Below, piece after piece: positions 1-10,460 of a stretch of DNA of 64,000 bases (its first letter is position 1; each line of letters starts with the position of its first letter). Both the position numbers and the translations under genes were made by a program. Location: the NCBI GenBank assembly GCA_029881495.1, contig JAOUMJ010000013.1, forward strand, positions 3,954 to 67,953. Direction: 5' to 3'. The stretch is from Nitrospinota bacterium (GTDB taxonomy: Bacteria > Nitrospinota_A > UBA7883 > JACRGQ01). Under the pieces are notes generated by a model. That model was not told the DNA's origin. It was given only the letters and a program-made list of their open reading frames with translations, and did no database searches.

Positions 1-1
1 T

Positions 2-658
2 ACGAAGGAAGGAAGAGAGAATTTAAAAAAAGAGATAGAAGGGCGGCTTTGGTATTCAAGGCAATTAAATCATGAAAATAAAAGCGTACCCGCTACTGTT
101 GTCATAGATTCAGCTCATTATATGCGTATCGAATATGATTACTTGCAAGGAGTAAAGGCAGATTGCAGGAAAGGATTGGTTCCAAATGCCGGGATATTGG
201 AAAAACTTGTAGGGCATTACGCCAGTATATGGCCGTATAACAATGGTGAAAGTACAACGCTTCACGGAGATCTTTCAATTGATAACGTAATAGAAGGTGA
301 TGGCTGCATTCGCATTATTGATTGGGAGCACTTTCGTGAAAGTTCAACATTTTGGGGATATGATGCATTATACGCAATTTTTGAAACTTTATGGTTTGGG
401 ATGCGGGAGCGAGCCAAGCCACAATCAAGAGAAATAAAAATAATTAAAAAACTTATAAGTATTTTAAATTCAACATCTTTTTTACAACGAGACAACAAGG
501 ATAAACCCTTGATGTCAGTAATTGGATATTTGCAAAATAACAAGGCAATGTGGGGTGAACAACTAGAAAAATGCCCAAATAAACTTCCGGTTTTATTATA
601 CTCCAAAGAACAAGTGTCACTTATTGATCACATGATATCTGAAAAGGATAGTGATTAA
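2..658 (+). CDS. Aminoglycoside-phosphotransferase/kinase-fold protein, 5'-truncated by the window edge
   Basis: Frame is open from base 2; LHGDLSIDN and IIDWE match the APH/choline-kinase HxDxxxxN and DxE motifs. Confidence 0.7.
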   Translation, partial: TKEGRENLKKEIEGRLWYSRQLNHENKSVPATVVIDSAHYMRIEYDYLQGVKADCRKGLVPNAGILEKLVGHYASIWPYNNGESTTLHGDLSIDNVIEGDGCIRIIDWEHFRESSTFWGYDALYAIFETLWFGMRERAKPQSREIKIIKKLISILNSTSFLQRDNKDKPLMSVIGYLQNNKAMWGEQLEKCPNKLPVLLYSKEQVSLIDHMISEKDSD

Positions 659-1412
659 CGTGAGACGGTTGTATCAACAAGAATGGCATGGGATACGATT
701 TGATTCTTTCGCAGAAGTTTCATCAAGCCACCTTGCAAATGGTGAATTCTATAAATTGTTTTATAGCGTCTTTTTTAAAAAATATCGCAATTGGCAGGAA
801 TTGGATGAAAATTGGGTCAAGCTTAAAAAGGAGACGATGAATTTTATCAAAAATCGTATTGGTTCGGATAAAAATAAATCAATTCTCTCAATTGGATGCG
901 GTCTCGGTCTCATAGAAGGTTGGTTGGTTGAGGATGGATATGAGAATTTGGAAATTTCAGAAATATCCGAAATTCCGATCTCCTGGATAAGCCAGAAAAT
1001 CCCAACCGAAAAGAGGCATATTGGTTTATTTCCAGCGTGTGTGCCTGAGAATAGAAAATATGATTATATTTTGCTAGTAGCAGTCGAATATTTTTACAAC
1101 GATAAAGAATTGAGAAAATTTCTGGCAGATGTTAAGAACCTTCTTGTACCAAGTGGGACATGTCTTCTTATTTCATTCCCGGATGAGGATAATGGCCTAC
1201 TTTATTTAATGATTGATACGGCGAAGGAGTATTTAAAACGCATCTTAGGAGTATTAGGTTTAAGAAATATTGGCCAATTTTGGGGATACGTTAGAACTCC
1301 TGCTGAACTCGAAGCCTCAATGAAGAGCGCAGGTTTTAACGACGTAACTGGAACCTTTATCGATACGAACACCTCTTGGAAAAATTATAGTGTTGTTGGA
1401 CGCAATAATTGA
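651..1412 (+). CDS. Class I SAM-dependent methyltransferase
   Basis: ILSIGCGLG motif I; LVPSGTCLL motif; start overlaps the upstream stop. Confidence 0.8.
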   Translation: MINVRRLYQQEWHGIRFDSFAEVSSSHLANGEFYKLFYSVFFKKYRNWQELDENWVKLKKETMNFIKNRIGSDKNKSILSIGCGLGLIEGWLVEDGYENLEISEISEIPISWISQKIPTEKRHIGLFPACVPENRKYDYILLVAVEYFYNDKELRKFLADVKNLLVPSGTCLLISFPDEDNGLLYLMIDTAKEYLKRILGVLGLRNIGQFWGYVRTPAELEASMKSAGFNDVTGTFIDTNTSWKNYSVVGRNN

Positions 1413-1431
1413 ATAATAGAATGAATCGAAA

Positions 1432-2547
1432 ATGATCAGATTATCTAAGTCGATTGTCGGTCAGATTGAAGCTGAAGCAGTGGCAAAAGTAATTTGTGAA
1501 GACGGATACCTCGGCATGGGAAGCGAGGTGAAGCTTTTCGAGGAAGAGATAGCAACCTTCATAGGGGTCCCTGCGGAAAACATATGTTGTGTAAATTCAG
1601 GAACAGCAGCTTTGCATCTGGCAGTTCAAGCGGTAACAGAACCGGGCGATGAAGTGCTGGTTCAATCTTTAACTTTTGTTGCTTCCTTTCAGGCAATAAG
1701 CGGTGCTGGCGCTGTGCCGATACCTTGTGAAGTATTACCTGAAAGTATTACGCTAGATATTGAAGATGCCAGGAAGAGGCTTACAGAAAAGACAAAAGCT
1801 GTGATGCCGGTTCACTATGGCAGCAATCCCGGTAACCTTGACGCTATTTATGAATTCGCCGAAAAGGAAAACTTGCGCGTAATAGAAGACGCAGCACATG
1901 CATTTGGTTGTAAATACAAAGGGAGAAATATCGGTTCATTTGGTGATATTATCTGCTTCAGTTTCGATGGAATAAAAAATATAACGAGCGGAGAAGGGGG
2001 TGCTATTGTAACCTCTGACAGGAATGTTATGGCACTGGCAAAAGATGCACGACTCCTCGGTGTGGAGAAAGATACTGAAATGAGATTCAACGGTAAAAGG
2101 AGCTGGGAGTTTGACGTGAAACATCAAGGCTACCGTTTTCATATGAGCAATATATTTGCCGCAGTAGGGAGGGTTCAGCTTGGGCGGTTTATCAGTGAGT
2201 TCGCACCCAAGAGAGTGGCAATAGCTGAAAAGTACCGTGAGCTACTTGATGGAGTAAAAGGATTAAAGCTCCTTGAATCGGATTTACGATTCGTTGTGCC
2301 GCATATAATGCCGGTGAGGATTCTTGATGGTAACCGTGACGGGTTAAAGGATTATCTGGAGAAAAAAGGGATTCAGACAGGAATACACTACAAACCTAAT
2401 CACATGTTAAGCTTGTACGGAGATAGAGCCTATGACCTTGGCACTTCGGAAAAACTTTATAGCGAGCTTCTGAGCCTCCCGCTTCACCCTGAAGTAACAG
2501 AAGAACATGTAGTCAATATTTGTGAAAGTATTAAAAGCTATTTTTGA
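1432..2547 (+). CDS. DegT/DnrJ/EryC1/StrS PLP-dependent sugar aminotransferase
   Basis: NSGTAALHLA, IEDAAHAFG, FSFDGIKNITSGEGG (PLP lysine present), LSLPLHP. Confidence 0.95.
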   Translation: MIRLSKSIVGQIEAEAVAKVICEDGYLGMGSEVKLFEEEIATFIGVPAENICCVNSGTAALHLAVQAVTEPGDEVLVQSLTFVASFQAISGAGAVPIPCEVLPESITLDIEDARKRLTEKTKAVMPVHYGSNPGNLDAIYEFAEKENLRVIEDAAHAFGCKYKGRNIGSFGDIICFSFDGIKNITSGEGGAIVTSDRNVMALAKDARLLGVEKDTEMRFNGKRSWEFDVKHQGYRFHMSNIFAAVGRVQLGRFISEFAPKRVAIAEKYRELLDGVKGLKLLESDLRFVVPHIMPVRILDGNRDGLKDYLEKKGIQTGIHYKPNHMLSLYGDRAYDLGTSEKLYSELLSLPLHPEVTEEHVVNICESIKSYF

Positions 2548-2566
2548 TGATTTATTAAGGAGTAAT

Positions 2567-3334
2567 ATGAAAGTAATTATTCTTTGTGGCGGGCTAGGAA
2601 CAAGGCTTAGCGAAGAGACGCAAATAAAACCGAAACCGATGGTCGAGATAGGTGGAGATCCTATTCTTAGGCATGTAATGAAAATATACGACAAGTACGG
2701 ATTCAATGAATTCGTTTTAGCCCTGGGATATAAGGGAGAATATATAAAGGACTACTTCCTCGATTACCATCCCCTTACGAGCGACGTAACTGTGCACCTC
2801 TCCTCAGGCAAGGTGGATTATGCAAACCCTACCGCGGAAGACTGGCATGTGAAGATGATAGATACCGGGAAGGACAGCATGACCGGCGGGAGACTTAATA
2901 GGTTGAAAAACGTGTTAAAGAATGAAAATACTTTCATGATGACATACGGTGATGGGGTTTCCGATGTAAACATAAAGTCATTGCTTGATTTCCATAAAAA
3001 GCATGGGCAGATAGCAACGGTAACGGCTGTGCGTCCACCTGCCAGATTTGGCGGAATGGTATTTGAAGGAGATAAGGTTGTCGACTTCAAGGAAAAACCG
3101 CAGACTGGAGAGGGGTGGATAAACGGAGGTTTTTTTGTTTTTGAGAAAAAGATTTTTGATTATCTGCATGGCGATAGTACAGTTCTGGAAAAAGAGCCGC
3201 TTGAAAATCTTGCGAAAGATGGGGAACTTATGGCTTACAAACATGAAGGCTTCTGGCAGTGCATGGACACTGTGCGGGACAGGAATTTCCTTGAATCCCT
3301 CCTTGAGCGCAATGAAGCGCCATGGACTAAATAG
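2567..3334 (+). CDS. rfbF: Glucose-1-phosphate cytidylyltransferase
   Basis: MKVIILCGGLGTRLSEET..PKPMVEIG, MTGGRL, YGDG, HEGFWQCMDT; ATG 2567 follows an AAGGAG RBS. Confidence 0.95.
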   Translation: MKVIILCGGLGTRLSEETQIKPKPMVEIGGDPILRHVMKIYDKYGFNEFVLALGYKGEYIKDYFLDYHPLTSDVTVHLSSGKVDYANPTAEDWHVKMIDTGKDSMTGGRLNRLKNVLKNENTFMMTYGDGVSDVNIKSLLDFHKKHGQIATVTAVRPPARFGGMVFEGDKVVDFKEKPQTGEGWINGGFFVFEKKIFDYLHGDSTVLEKEPLENLAKDGELMAYKHEGFWQCMDTVRDRNFLESLLERNEAPWTK

Positions 3335-3345
3335 GTAGAGCAGAT

Positions 3346-4434
3346 ATGTTTTCAGGTTTATATAGAGGCAAGCGTGTTTTTGTAACTGGGCATACAGGGT
3401 TTAAAGGTTCATGGCTTACTGCATGGCTATTAAATCTGGGTGCGGATGTCGGCGGATTTTCCATAGGTGTTCCAACAGAGCCTTCCAATTTCAAAGTTCT
3501 GGATTTGGAGAAGAGGATAACGCATTTCGCGGGAGATATCAGAGATAGAAAGTTGTTAGGCGATGCGATCGATAGCTTTAAGCCTGAAGCAATATTTCAT
3601 CTTGCCGCACAGCCGATTGTCAGGGAATCATTTGCTGATCCTGTAACAACATTTGAAACTAATGTTATGGGTACGATGAATGTTCTTGAATTGCTAAGAA
3701 CAAGGCCTTCAATTAAAGCTGGAATAATCATCACAAGTGATAAATGCTATAAAAATCTTGGCTGGACATGGGGATATAGGGAAAACGACACTCTTGGCGG
3801 GGGAGATCCATATAGTGCTTCAAAAGCCTGCGCCGAGCTGATATTTCACTCTTATTGTGAATCATTTTTGAAGATGGGGAGTACAAGAGTAGCGACTACG
3901 CGCGCTGGCAATGTAATTGGGGGTGGCGACTGGGCAGCAGACAGGATTGTACCTGATACGGTGAGAGCCTGGAGCAAAAAGAAATCAGTAACTGTACGGT
4001 ACCCAAAGGCTACTCGTCCTTGGCAACATGTCCTCGAACCGTTAGGCGGCTACCTTTGGCTTGGCGTAAAACTGCTGGAGGGCCAGGAAAATGTGAACTG
4101 TGAATCATTCAACTTTGGACCAATGGCTAGTGTTAACCAGCCTGTTGCTGCTCTTCTTGAAGAAATGAAAAAATATTGGTCAGTAGCTGAATGGGAAATT
4201 GAAAAAGTTGATGAATATCAGGAGGCTTCATTATTAAAGCTATCCTGCGATAAGGCTTTAAATGCGCTAGGGTGGGAAGCATCACTTTCATTTGCCGAGA
4301 CTGTCCGTATGACATGTGAATGGTATCAGGCGTATTATGAAAAAGGTGGTAAAGGAATTTACGATCTCACCATGGAGCAGATAAATAATTATGTAAGCAT
4401 TGCCTCGGACAAAGGGCTTGAATGGACAAAGTAA
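3346..4434 (+). CDS. rfbG: CDP-glucose 4,6-dehydratase
   Basis: VTGHTGFKGSWL, TSDKCY, DPYSASKA, RAGNVIGGGDW, RPWQHVLEPL. Confidence 0.95.
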   Translation: MFSGLYRGKRVFVTGHTGFKGSWLTAWLLNLGADVGGFSIGVPTEPSNFKVLDLEKRITHFAGDIRDRKLLGDAIDSFKPEAIFHLAAQPIVRESFADPVTTFETNVMGTMNVLELLRTRPSIKAGIIITSDKCYKNLGWTWGYRENDTLGGGDPYSASKACAELIFHSYCESFLKMGSTRVATTRAGNVIGGGDWAADRIVPDTVRAWSKKKSVTVRYPKATRPWQHVLEPLGGYLWLGVKLLEGQENVNCESFNFGPMASVNQPVAALLEEMKKYWSVAEWEIEKVDEYQEASLLKLSCDKALNALGWEASLSFAETVRMTCEWYQAYYEKGGKGIYDLTMEQINNYVSIASDKGLEWTK

Positions 4435-4889
4435 CCGGGATGAACAAGAGCGGAATCGAAGGACTTCAAATAACACCCCTTAAGCAAATCGATGATGAAA
4501 GAGGCTCTGTGCTCCATATGTTGAGAAGCGATTCTGAGATTTATATAGGGTTTGGGGAGATATACTTTTCGTTTGTAAAGCAAGGGGTTGTGAAAGCCTG
4601 GAAACGGCATAAAGTGATGACTCAACATTTTGCAGTTCCTGTTGGGAGAATAAAACTTGTTCTATTCGATGACAGGAATGCAAGCAGTACAAAAGGAAAT
4701 ATAGAAATTATCGAGATAGGAAGACCGGACAAGTATGAACTCGTCAAAATCCCACCGCTTGTGTGGTATGGATTCAAGGGGATAGGCGAAGGGGAATCAA
4801 TGATAGCAAACTGTACTGATATTCCGCATGACCCTGAGGAAGTGGAACGATGCGACATTGATACCTCTGATATTTCTTATGCATGGTAA
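4422..4889 (+). CDS. NDP-4-keto-6-deoxysugar 3,5-epimerase (RmlC-like cupin)
   Basis: DERGSV, FGEIYFS, KAWKRH, IPPLVWYGF; directly after rfbG. Confidence 0.85.
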   Translation: MDKVTGMNKSGIEGLQITPLKQIDDERGSVLHMLRSDSEIYIGFGEIYFSFVKQGVVKAWKRHKVMTQHFAVPVGRIKLVLFDDRNASSTKGNIEIIEIGRPDKYELVKIPPLVWYGFKGIGEGESMIANCTDIPHDPEEVERCDIDTSDISYAW

Positions 4890-5032
4890 GTAAAAACTCA
4901 TTTTTTCCAAATTACCTGGAACCACATGTTTTATTAAATGCATATGTATATGGGGATTAGATACATATTTTGTATTCATTTGATTAACTGTGCTATATGC
5001 ACAAAATGTATATAATTTAAAAGACGAAATAT

Positions 5033-6547
5033 ATGAGTATATTTAAGATCAGATTTTCAAGAATAATAATATTTGGCCTGTTAATTTTCTATGTTGTATG
5101 TGGATATATATATTTGAATGTTGAAAATGCGCATATAGTTGATACATATAGCATGGTATTGTTATTTATCATTATAGCGATACTGATTTTATTCCAAGTT
5201 GTCCCTAGCAAGTATGACAGGCCTCTTTTCCTTTTATTTTCAATATTCGTTTTCCAGAAGTACTGTTTGTCTATTTTATTTATGCTTTTGCTTCCAGAAT
5301 ATGGAAGGAAGGAAATGGTAGAGGCATATCAGGTATATGACTCTGCGCAATTTAATAGCATTCTTGTATATTGCATATTCGGAACAATATTGCTTGGGTT
5401 AGGAACAAAGATAGGCGGAAGCATCGCAAATAAAAAAGTATTTTATGAAAATATAAACTTTCTGGACAGGTTAATGCTGAAAATTAACCCGGCCGCAATA
5501 TTAATGATATTTCTTGTCTTGTCTTCGTATTCTTTATATTTGAACTACTATTATAGTATTGGAAGGCATTATTCTGCTTCTGTTGACACCGGATTAAACT
5601 TCCTCAATATATTCAAAAACACTTCGTGGATATTTTACATATCATTGGCTTACGTATCTTTCTTTTGGGGGATCTTAAAGAGATACCAAAAAAAAATTGT
5701 CATATTGACAATTGTATTAATAATAGCAAGTTCTATCGCACAAGGATCAAGGTCATATATTTACGTTTATTTTATTTTGGCAATTTTAATAAAAACTGTT
5801 ACGGGTGGTGACTTCAAGGTGGCATTTAAAAAAACCATATTTGCGATCTTGATTATAATCACCGCAATAACAAGTTATCCCATAGCTTTAGGTATTAGAA
5901 ATGCCGGAAGAGCGGAAAACTATTCAGTCGCAAATTTAGCAAAGCAGATTAAATATGCCTATTTTGCTAATGAAAATCCATATGGTGTTATGACAATGGA
6001 TATTATTTCTAGATTAACAATGATCGAACCGTCATTTAGAATATTAAACGATTTGGAAGTTAACAGCGTTGAAGATAATGTTACAGTAATCGGTGATATT
6101 AAAAGGATTATTAATGGAATGGTGCCAGGCGACTTATTTTCTGACGTTATATATCATACCAGACTATATGCATATGTATATCAAGGTAATTATATTCGAT
6201 ACAACACTGTTGAATGGGGATACTATGAATATTGCTATGCTCTTTTCGGTACTTTCGGTGGCCTGATATTTGTTTTGTTTATTTCGGCAGTGCTCGGTAG
6301 TATTTGGAAGCTCGCACTAATTAGGAATTATGGGTTTAAATCAATTTTGTTGGTATTTTTCATCATGATTTATTGGACAATGTTAAAAAACATGGGTATG
6401 TCATATGTAGTTGCAAATGCTGTTACCGAGATATTTGTATTCTTGTTTTACCTCCCGGTTGCATGGCTTTTATCGCAATTAATGGGCAAGTATTATCTAC
6501 GCAAAAAGTTATTAATTGTAAATAAAGAGAGAGTCGGACAATTTTGA
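5033..6547 (+). CDS. Multi-pass membrane protein, probable Wzy-type polysaccharide polymerase
   Basis: About 10 or more hydrophobic segments, a GSR motif and a large periplasmic loop; very AT-rich; lies in a glycan cluster. Confidence 0.6.
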   Translation: MSIFKIRFSRIIIFGLLIFYVVCGYIYLNVENAHIVDTYSMVLLFIIIAILILFQVVPSKYDRPLFLLFSIFVFQKYCLSILFMLLLPEYGRKEMVEAYQVYDSAQFNSILVYCIFGTILLGLGTKIGGSIANKKVFYENINFLDRLMLKINPAAILMIFLVLSSYSLYLNYYYSIGRHYSASVDTGLNFLNIFKNTSWIFYISLAYVSFFWGILKRYQKKIVILTIVLIIASSIAQGSRSYIYVYFILAILIKTVTGGDFKVAFKKTIFAILIIITAITSYPIALGIRNAGRAENYSVANLAKQIKYAYFANENPYGVMTMDIISRLTMIEPSFRILNDLEVNSVEDNVTVIGDIKRIINGMVPGDLFSDVIYHTRLYAYVYQGNYIRYNTVEWGYYEYCYALFGTFGGLIFVLFISAVLGSIWKLALIRNYGFKSILLVFFIMIYWTMLKNMGMSYVVANAVTEIFVFLFYLPVAWLLSQLMGKYYLRKKLLIVNKERVGQF

Positions 6548-6691
6548 AATGGAAAGTGATGTTCCAGCTAAGTTTGTTTGGAAATCCACAATCATTTAAA
6601 TATATTACTAATAATTAATTCGAACAAAATATATTTCCAGCATTAGATGTTTGTAAAAGTAGGTAGTCAGGCTAATTGATTATAGGAAACT

Positions 6692-7897
6692 ATGAAAAGT
6701 AATATATTCGCGGTTTTTGGATCAGTTTTTGCTGGGCTATTTGTTTTTATAATATCAACATATAACCTGCAAGATTTTAACTCGGAGGACATAGGGTTAG
6801 GAATAAATACCCAAAGTAAATCGGGCTATAGAGATAGCAGATTGATCTCCAGTAATGTGATGGAAGATGTGAACGAGATAGTAGATAATTTTAGATATTA
6901 CAAGAATAATAATAAATACCATACAGCGCTGCTGCTAGGTGCATCACAGCTACACGCGATTAATGCGTTGCAAGAAAGTGATCTGCTGGCTGTCGAAGTG
7001 GCAAATTCGAGAGCTTTTGAAAATTCAGATAGCCTTGTCTATTTTCAACTGTCTAAACCAAATGCAAATTTTCATGATGTGCTAGGGATGTACCTAGCCT
7101 TTACGCTGGAGAATAATGAACATCCGGATTATTTGGTTTTGCCATTTGTATACGATGACTTGAGAGAAACGGGAATGCAGAATGATGTTATTAAGCATTT
7201 GCCAAACAATATACAGGAGATATTGCCATTTGAATCCGAAGGGACTAATCAAATTATTTCCTTGGCAAACCTAGAAAATAATGCGGTTTCAATTGGAACT
7301 GACGATCCGGTTAAGGATATTACGATGAGTAACTCGCCTCAGGATGCAGTGGAAAAATATATTATTCGGTCCCTTGAGGGATTTTCAAAGTCGTATGAAA
7401 AACGCGGTAATTTGCAATCGTGGATTGAGTTTCAAATGAAATACTATTTCAGGAAAACAAAAATAGGAATTAAAAGGATCTACTTGGCTAGCACAAATAA
7501 ACATTATATGCCGATAGAACATATACAAGATAAGATCTCGCATTGGAATATAAAAGCCTTTATATCTTTATTGAAAATTACCAATTTTAACGGGGTAAAG
7601 GTATTTGTTTACCGTCAACCTCATAGGCCGGATAAGCCTGAGTATTTTATGCATAACAGGAAGGAGTATGATCGATACTTTGCTTACATCTCTGAATTAT
7701 GTATTGAAAATTGCCAGGTAATCGGTGATTTTGAATTGCTGGTTCCAAGTGAATACTATGGATTAAATATTGATGGTTTTCCAGATCCATTTCATTTCCA
7801 GGGGATTGGCCATAAGTTGCTTGGAGAGAAAATTCACACTTCCTTGAAAGCTCAAATTCAGCTTTCCTCAATAAATAGACACGTAGTATCTCGATGA
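6692..7897 (+). CDS. Membrane-anchored SGNH-like protein (AlgJ/DltD-like partner of MBOAT)
   Basis: N-terminal TM; LLLGASQ and DPFH (DxxH) catalytic-like motifs; directly upstream of the MBOAT gene. Confidence 0.55.
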   Translation: MKSNIFAVFGSVFAGLFVFIISTYNLQDFNSEDIGLGINTQSKSGYRDSRLISSNVMEDVNEIVDNFRYYKNNNKYHTALLLGASQLHAINALQESDLLAVEVANSRAFENSDSLVYFQLSKPNANFHDVLGMYLAFTLENNEHPDYLVLPFVYDDLRETGMQNDVIKHLPNNIQEILPFESEGTNQIISLANLENNAVSIGTDDPVKDITMSNSPQDAVEKYIIRSLEGFSKSYEKRGNLQSWIEFQMKYYFRKTKIGIKRIYLASTNKHYMPIEHIQDKISHWNIKAFISLLKITNFNGVKVFVYRQPHRPDKPEYFMHNRKEYDRYFAYISELCIENCQVIGDFELLVPSEYYGLNIDGFPDPFHFQGIGHKLLGEKIHTSLKAQIQLSSINRHVVSR

Positions 7898-7922
7898 TTT
7901 TATATAAGGGCGCTGCAAATTA

Positions 7923-9383
7923 ATGTTGTTTAACAGTATAACCTACATCCTGTTTTTATCGTTTGCAGTGTTTGCTTACTGGAATTTACCGTATAGATAT
8001 AGGATTACCTTTCTGTCCGGTATGAGCCTTTTGTTTTATTCCTTTTGGAGAGTAGAGTTTTGTCTATTAATTATATTTTCTGCAGGCGTAGATTTTATAG
8101 CGTCGCGAAAAATATATGGTTCTGAAGACGAAAGAAAAAGGAAGATTTATCTTGCAATAAGTCTTGTTACCAACCTAGGTCTGTTAGCAATATTTAAATA
8201 CACATACTTTGTATATGATAATATAAGCTTCATTGCAACTCAGGCAAATTATAGATTCCCTTCGTTTGATTCTATTGCGATTAAGATAATTTTGCCTCTA
8301 GGAATATCTTTTTATACTTTTCAAACTATTAGTTATACGATTGATGTCTTTCGGAAAATAGTGAAACCAATAGACAATTTTAATTTGTTTCTTGCTTATG
8401 TCATTTTTTGGCCGCAATTAATTGCAGGTCCTATCTTACGATTCGGTGAGGTAGTTCCTCAGCTTGTTGAAGAAAAGAAGTTTATGCCAGAATTGGCAAG
8501 TTCTGGAATTGTTTTAATTATTGTAGGGTTATTCAAAAAGGTAGTTTTGGCTGACAATTTAGCGATATTTGTTGACGCAGGTTTTGAAGCATCTGTATCT
8601 CAATTGAATGCTTTGGATATATGGTTGCTGTCTTTTATGTTTGGATTTCAAATATATTTTGATTTTTCAGCATATTCTGACATTGCTATAGGCTCTGCAA
8701 GACTTTTAGGTATATATTTTCCAGATAATTTCAACTGGCCCTATATGGCAGTATCACCAAAGGAGTTCTGGAATAGATGGCATATTTCACTTTCTTCATG
8801 GGTTCGTGATTATCTGTATCTGCCTATAATTGGAGAGAAATTTAGAACAGACAGTAAGGGCGGAATAGGAGAGGCGGCAGTATCAAAAAAAAGAGACAGA
8901 AATAAAGCTCTGTTTGTAACTTGGATGTTAATGGGATTGTGGCATGGAGCAAATTGGACATTTGTGCTATGGGGTATATATCATGCCGTCTTTATCTTTA
9001 TATACCGAGTGATCAAGATATTCAATTTTCTTGAACGGAAACTTCCGGTCATTTCGTGGTTATTTACTATTTTTGTAGTTATGGCAGGCTGGATTTTGTT
9101 TAGATCTGAAAATATTTCAGAATCAGCTGCCATGTATTCAATATTGCTAAATCCCAATAACTATTCGCTCAACGGGCGAATCTTTCCACTCCAGGATTAT
9201 TTCATGGTATTTGTGTTGATATCCACCATGGTTATCATGTATGAAATATGGAAGAAAAACATAAATAGATATTTTGATTCAATTGGTTGGGTTTTCACTA
9301 GATACGCGGCAATTGCTGTAATGATATTTTTTATTGCTGTCTATCTTAAGCCGGTTCAACAATTTATCTATTTTCAATTTTAA
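7923..9383 (+). CDS. MBOAT family O-acyltransferase (AlgI/DltB-like)
   Basis: LPLGISFYTFQ, FWPQLIAGPI, QIYFDFSAYSDIAIG, FWNRWHISLS, GLWHGA. Confidence 0.95.
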   Translation: MLFNSITYILFLSFAVFAYWNLPYRYRITFLSGMSLLFYSFWRVEFCLLIIFSAGVDFIASRKIYGSEDERKRKIYLAISLVTNLGLLAIFKYTYFVYDNISFIATQANYRFPSFDSIAIKIILPLGISFYTFQTISYTIDVFRKIVKPIDNFNLFLAYVIFWPQLIAGPILRFGEVVPQLVEEKKFMPELASSGIVLIIVGLFKKVVLADNLAIFVDAGFEASVSQLNALDIWLLSFMFGFQIYFDFSAYSDIAIGSARLLGIYFPDNFNWPYMAVSPKEFWNRWHISLSSWVRDYLYLPIIGEKFRTDSKGGIGEAAVSKKRDRNKALFVTWMLMGLWHGANWTFVLWGIYHAVFIFIYRVIKIFNFLERKLPVISWLFTIFVVMAGWILFRSENISESAAMYSILLNPNNYSLNGRIFPLQDYFMVFVLISTMVIMYEIWKKNINRYFDSIGWVFTRYAAIAVMIFFIAVYLKPVQQFIYFQF

Positions 9384-9391
9384 TATATCAT

Positions 9392-10315
9392 ATGGCTCCC
9401 AAAGTAAGTGTCATCATAAACTGTCTTAACAGCGAAAAATATCTCCAAGAGGCGATAGACTCCGTTTATTCCCAAACATGTACTGATTGGGAAATTATAT
9501 TGTGGGATAATGCTTCTACCGATAAAACAGCGCAGATAGCAAACAGTTACAAAGAAAAACTCAGGTACTATAGAAGTGAGGTAACCACCACGCTTGGCCA
9601 GGCAAGAAACAATGCTTTGGAAAAGGCAAACGGAGAATTGATAGCGTTTTTGGATAGTGACGACATCTGGATGCCTGAAAAGCTGGAGAAGCAATTACCA
9701 TTGTTTGGAAATCCAAAAGTCGGGATTGTTTATTCTGATGCGCTATATTTTAACAGTAATGGTTATGCCAAGAGACAGCATGGCAACAAGATTCCAAAAC
9801 AGGGAATGGTTTGGGAAGAACTATTGAAAAATTATTCAATTACATTATCGACTGCTGTGGTTAGACGTTCAGCTATAAACACTTTGAGTTATTGTTTCGA
9901 TGAATCATTCAATTTTATTGAGGAATATGATCTTTTTCTACGTTTAGCGAAGAACTGGAATGTCTGCTATTCGCCAGAAATGTTATGCAAGTACCGAATG
10001 CATGAAAAGAATTATTCGTTTACGCATACAGAATTATTTGTAAAAGAAAAAATGGTATTATTACAAAAATACAAGGAAATATACGAGGATTTTAAGGGAA
10101 AGAATTATGAAAGAATGGCCGTTATCATCATGCGTACTGTAGCAAAAAATCAATGGGCAAGAGGTGATAGTAAAGGGGCACGATCGATAATAAAAGAAGT
10201 TATGTTTAAAGATGCCAAATCAATGATGTTATATTTTGCCTCATTTGTTTCCTACAAAATATATTTAGCTCTTAGAAAATATTTGTCTAAGCGCCCATTT
10301 CTAATTAATGATTAA
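9392..10315 (+). CDS. Glycosyltransferase family 2
   Basis: VSVII..N, DNASTD, ARN.AL..A.G..IAFLDSDD. Confidence 0.92.
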   Translation: MAPKVSVIINCLNSEKYLQEAIDSVYSQTCTDWEIILWDNASTDKTAQIANSYKEKLRYYRSEVTTTLGQARNNALEKANGELIAFLDSDDIWMPEKLEKQLPLFGNPKVGIVYSDALYFNSNGYAKRQHGNKIPKQGMVWEELLKNYSITLSTAVVRRSAINTLSYCFDESFNFIEEYDLFLRLAKNWNVCYSPEMLCKYRMHEKNYSFTHTELFVKEKMVLLQKYKEIYEDFKGKNYERMAVIIMRTVAKNQWARGDSKGARSIIKEVMFKDAKSMMLYFASFVSYKIYLALRKYLSKRPFLIND

Positions 10316-10460
10316 GTTGACTAGGCGTTTATGGTTCAGCGTATCTGGTATCATACTTGATTTTTAATCCTGGAACATTTACTATTCACGCGCTCGTGAA
10401 TAGAGTATTTATTGCGTTATAACCGGTTATATATCGATTGGGTATTGGAGAGATGTTTAT

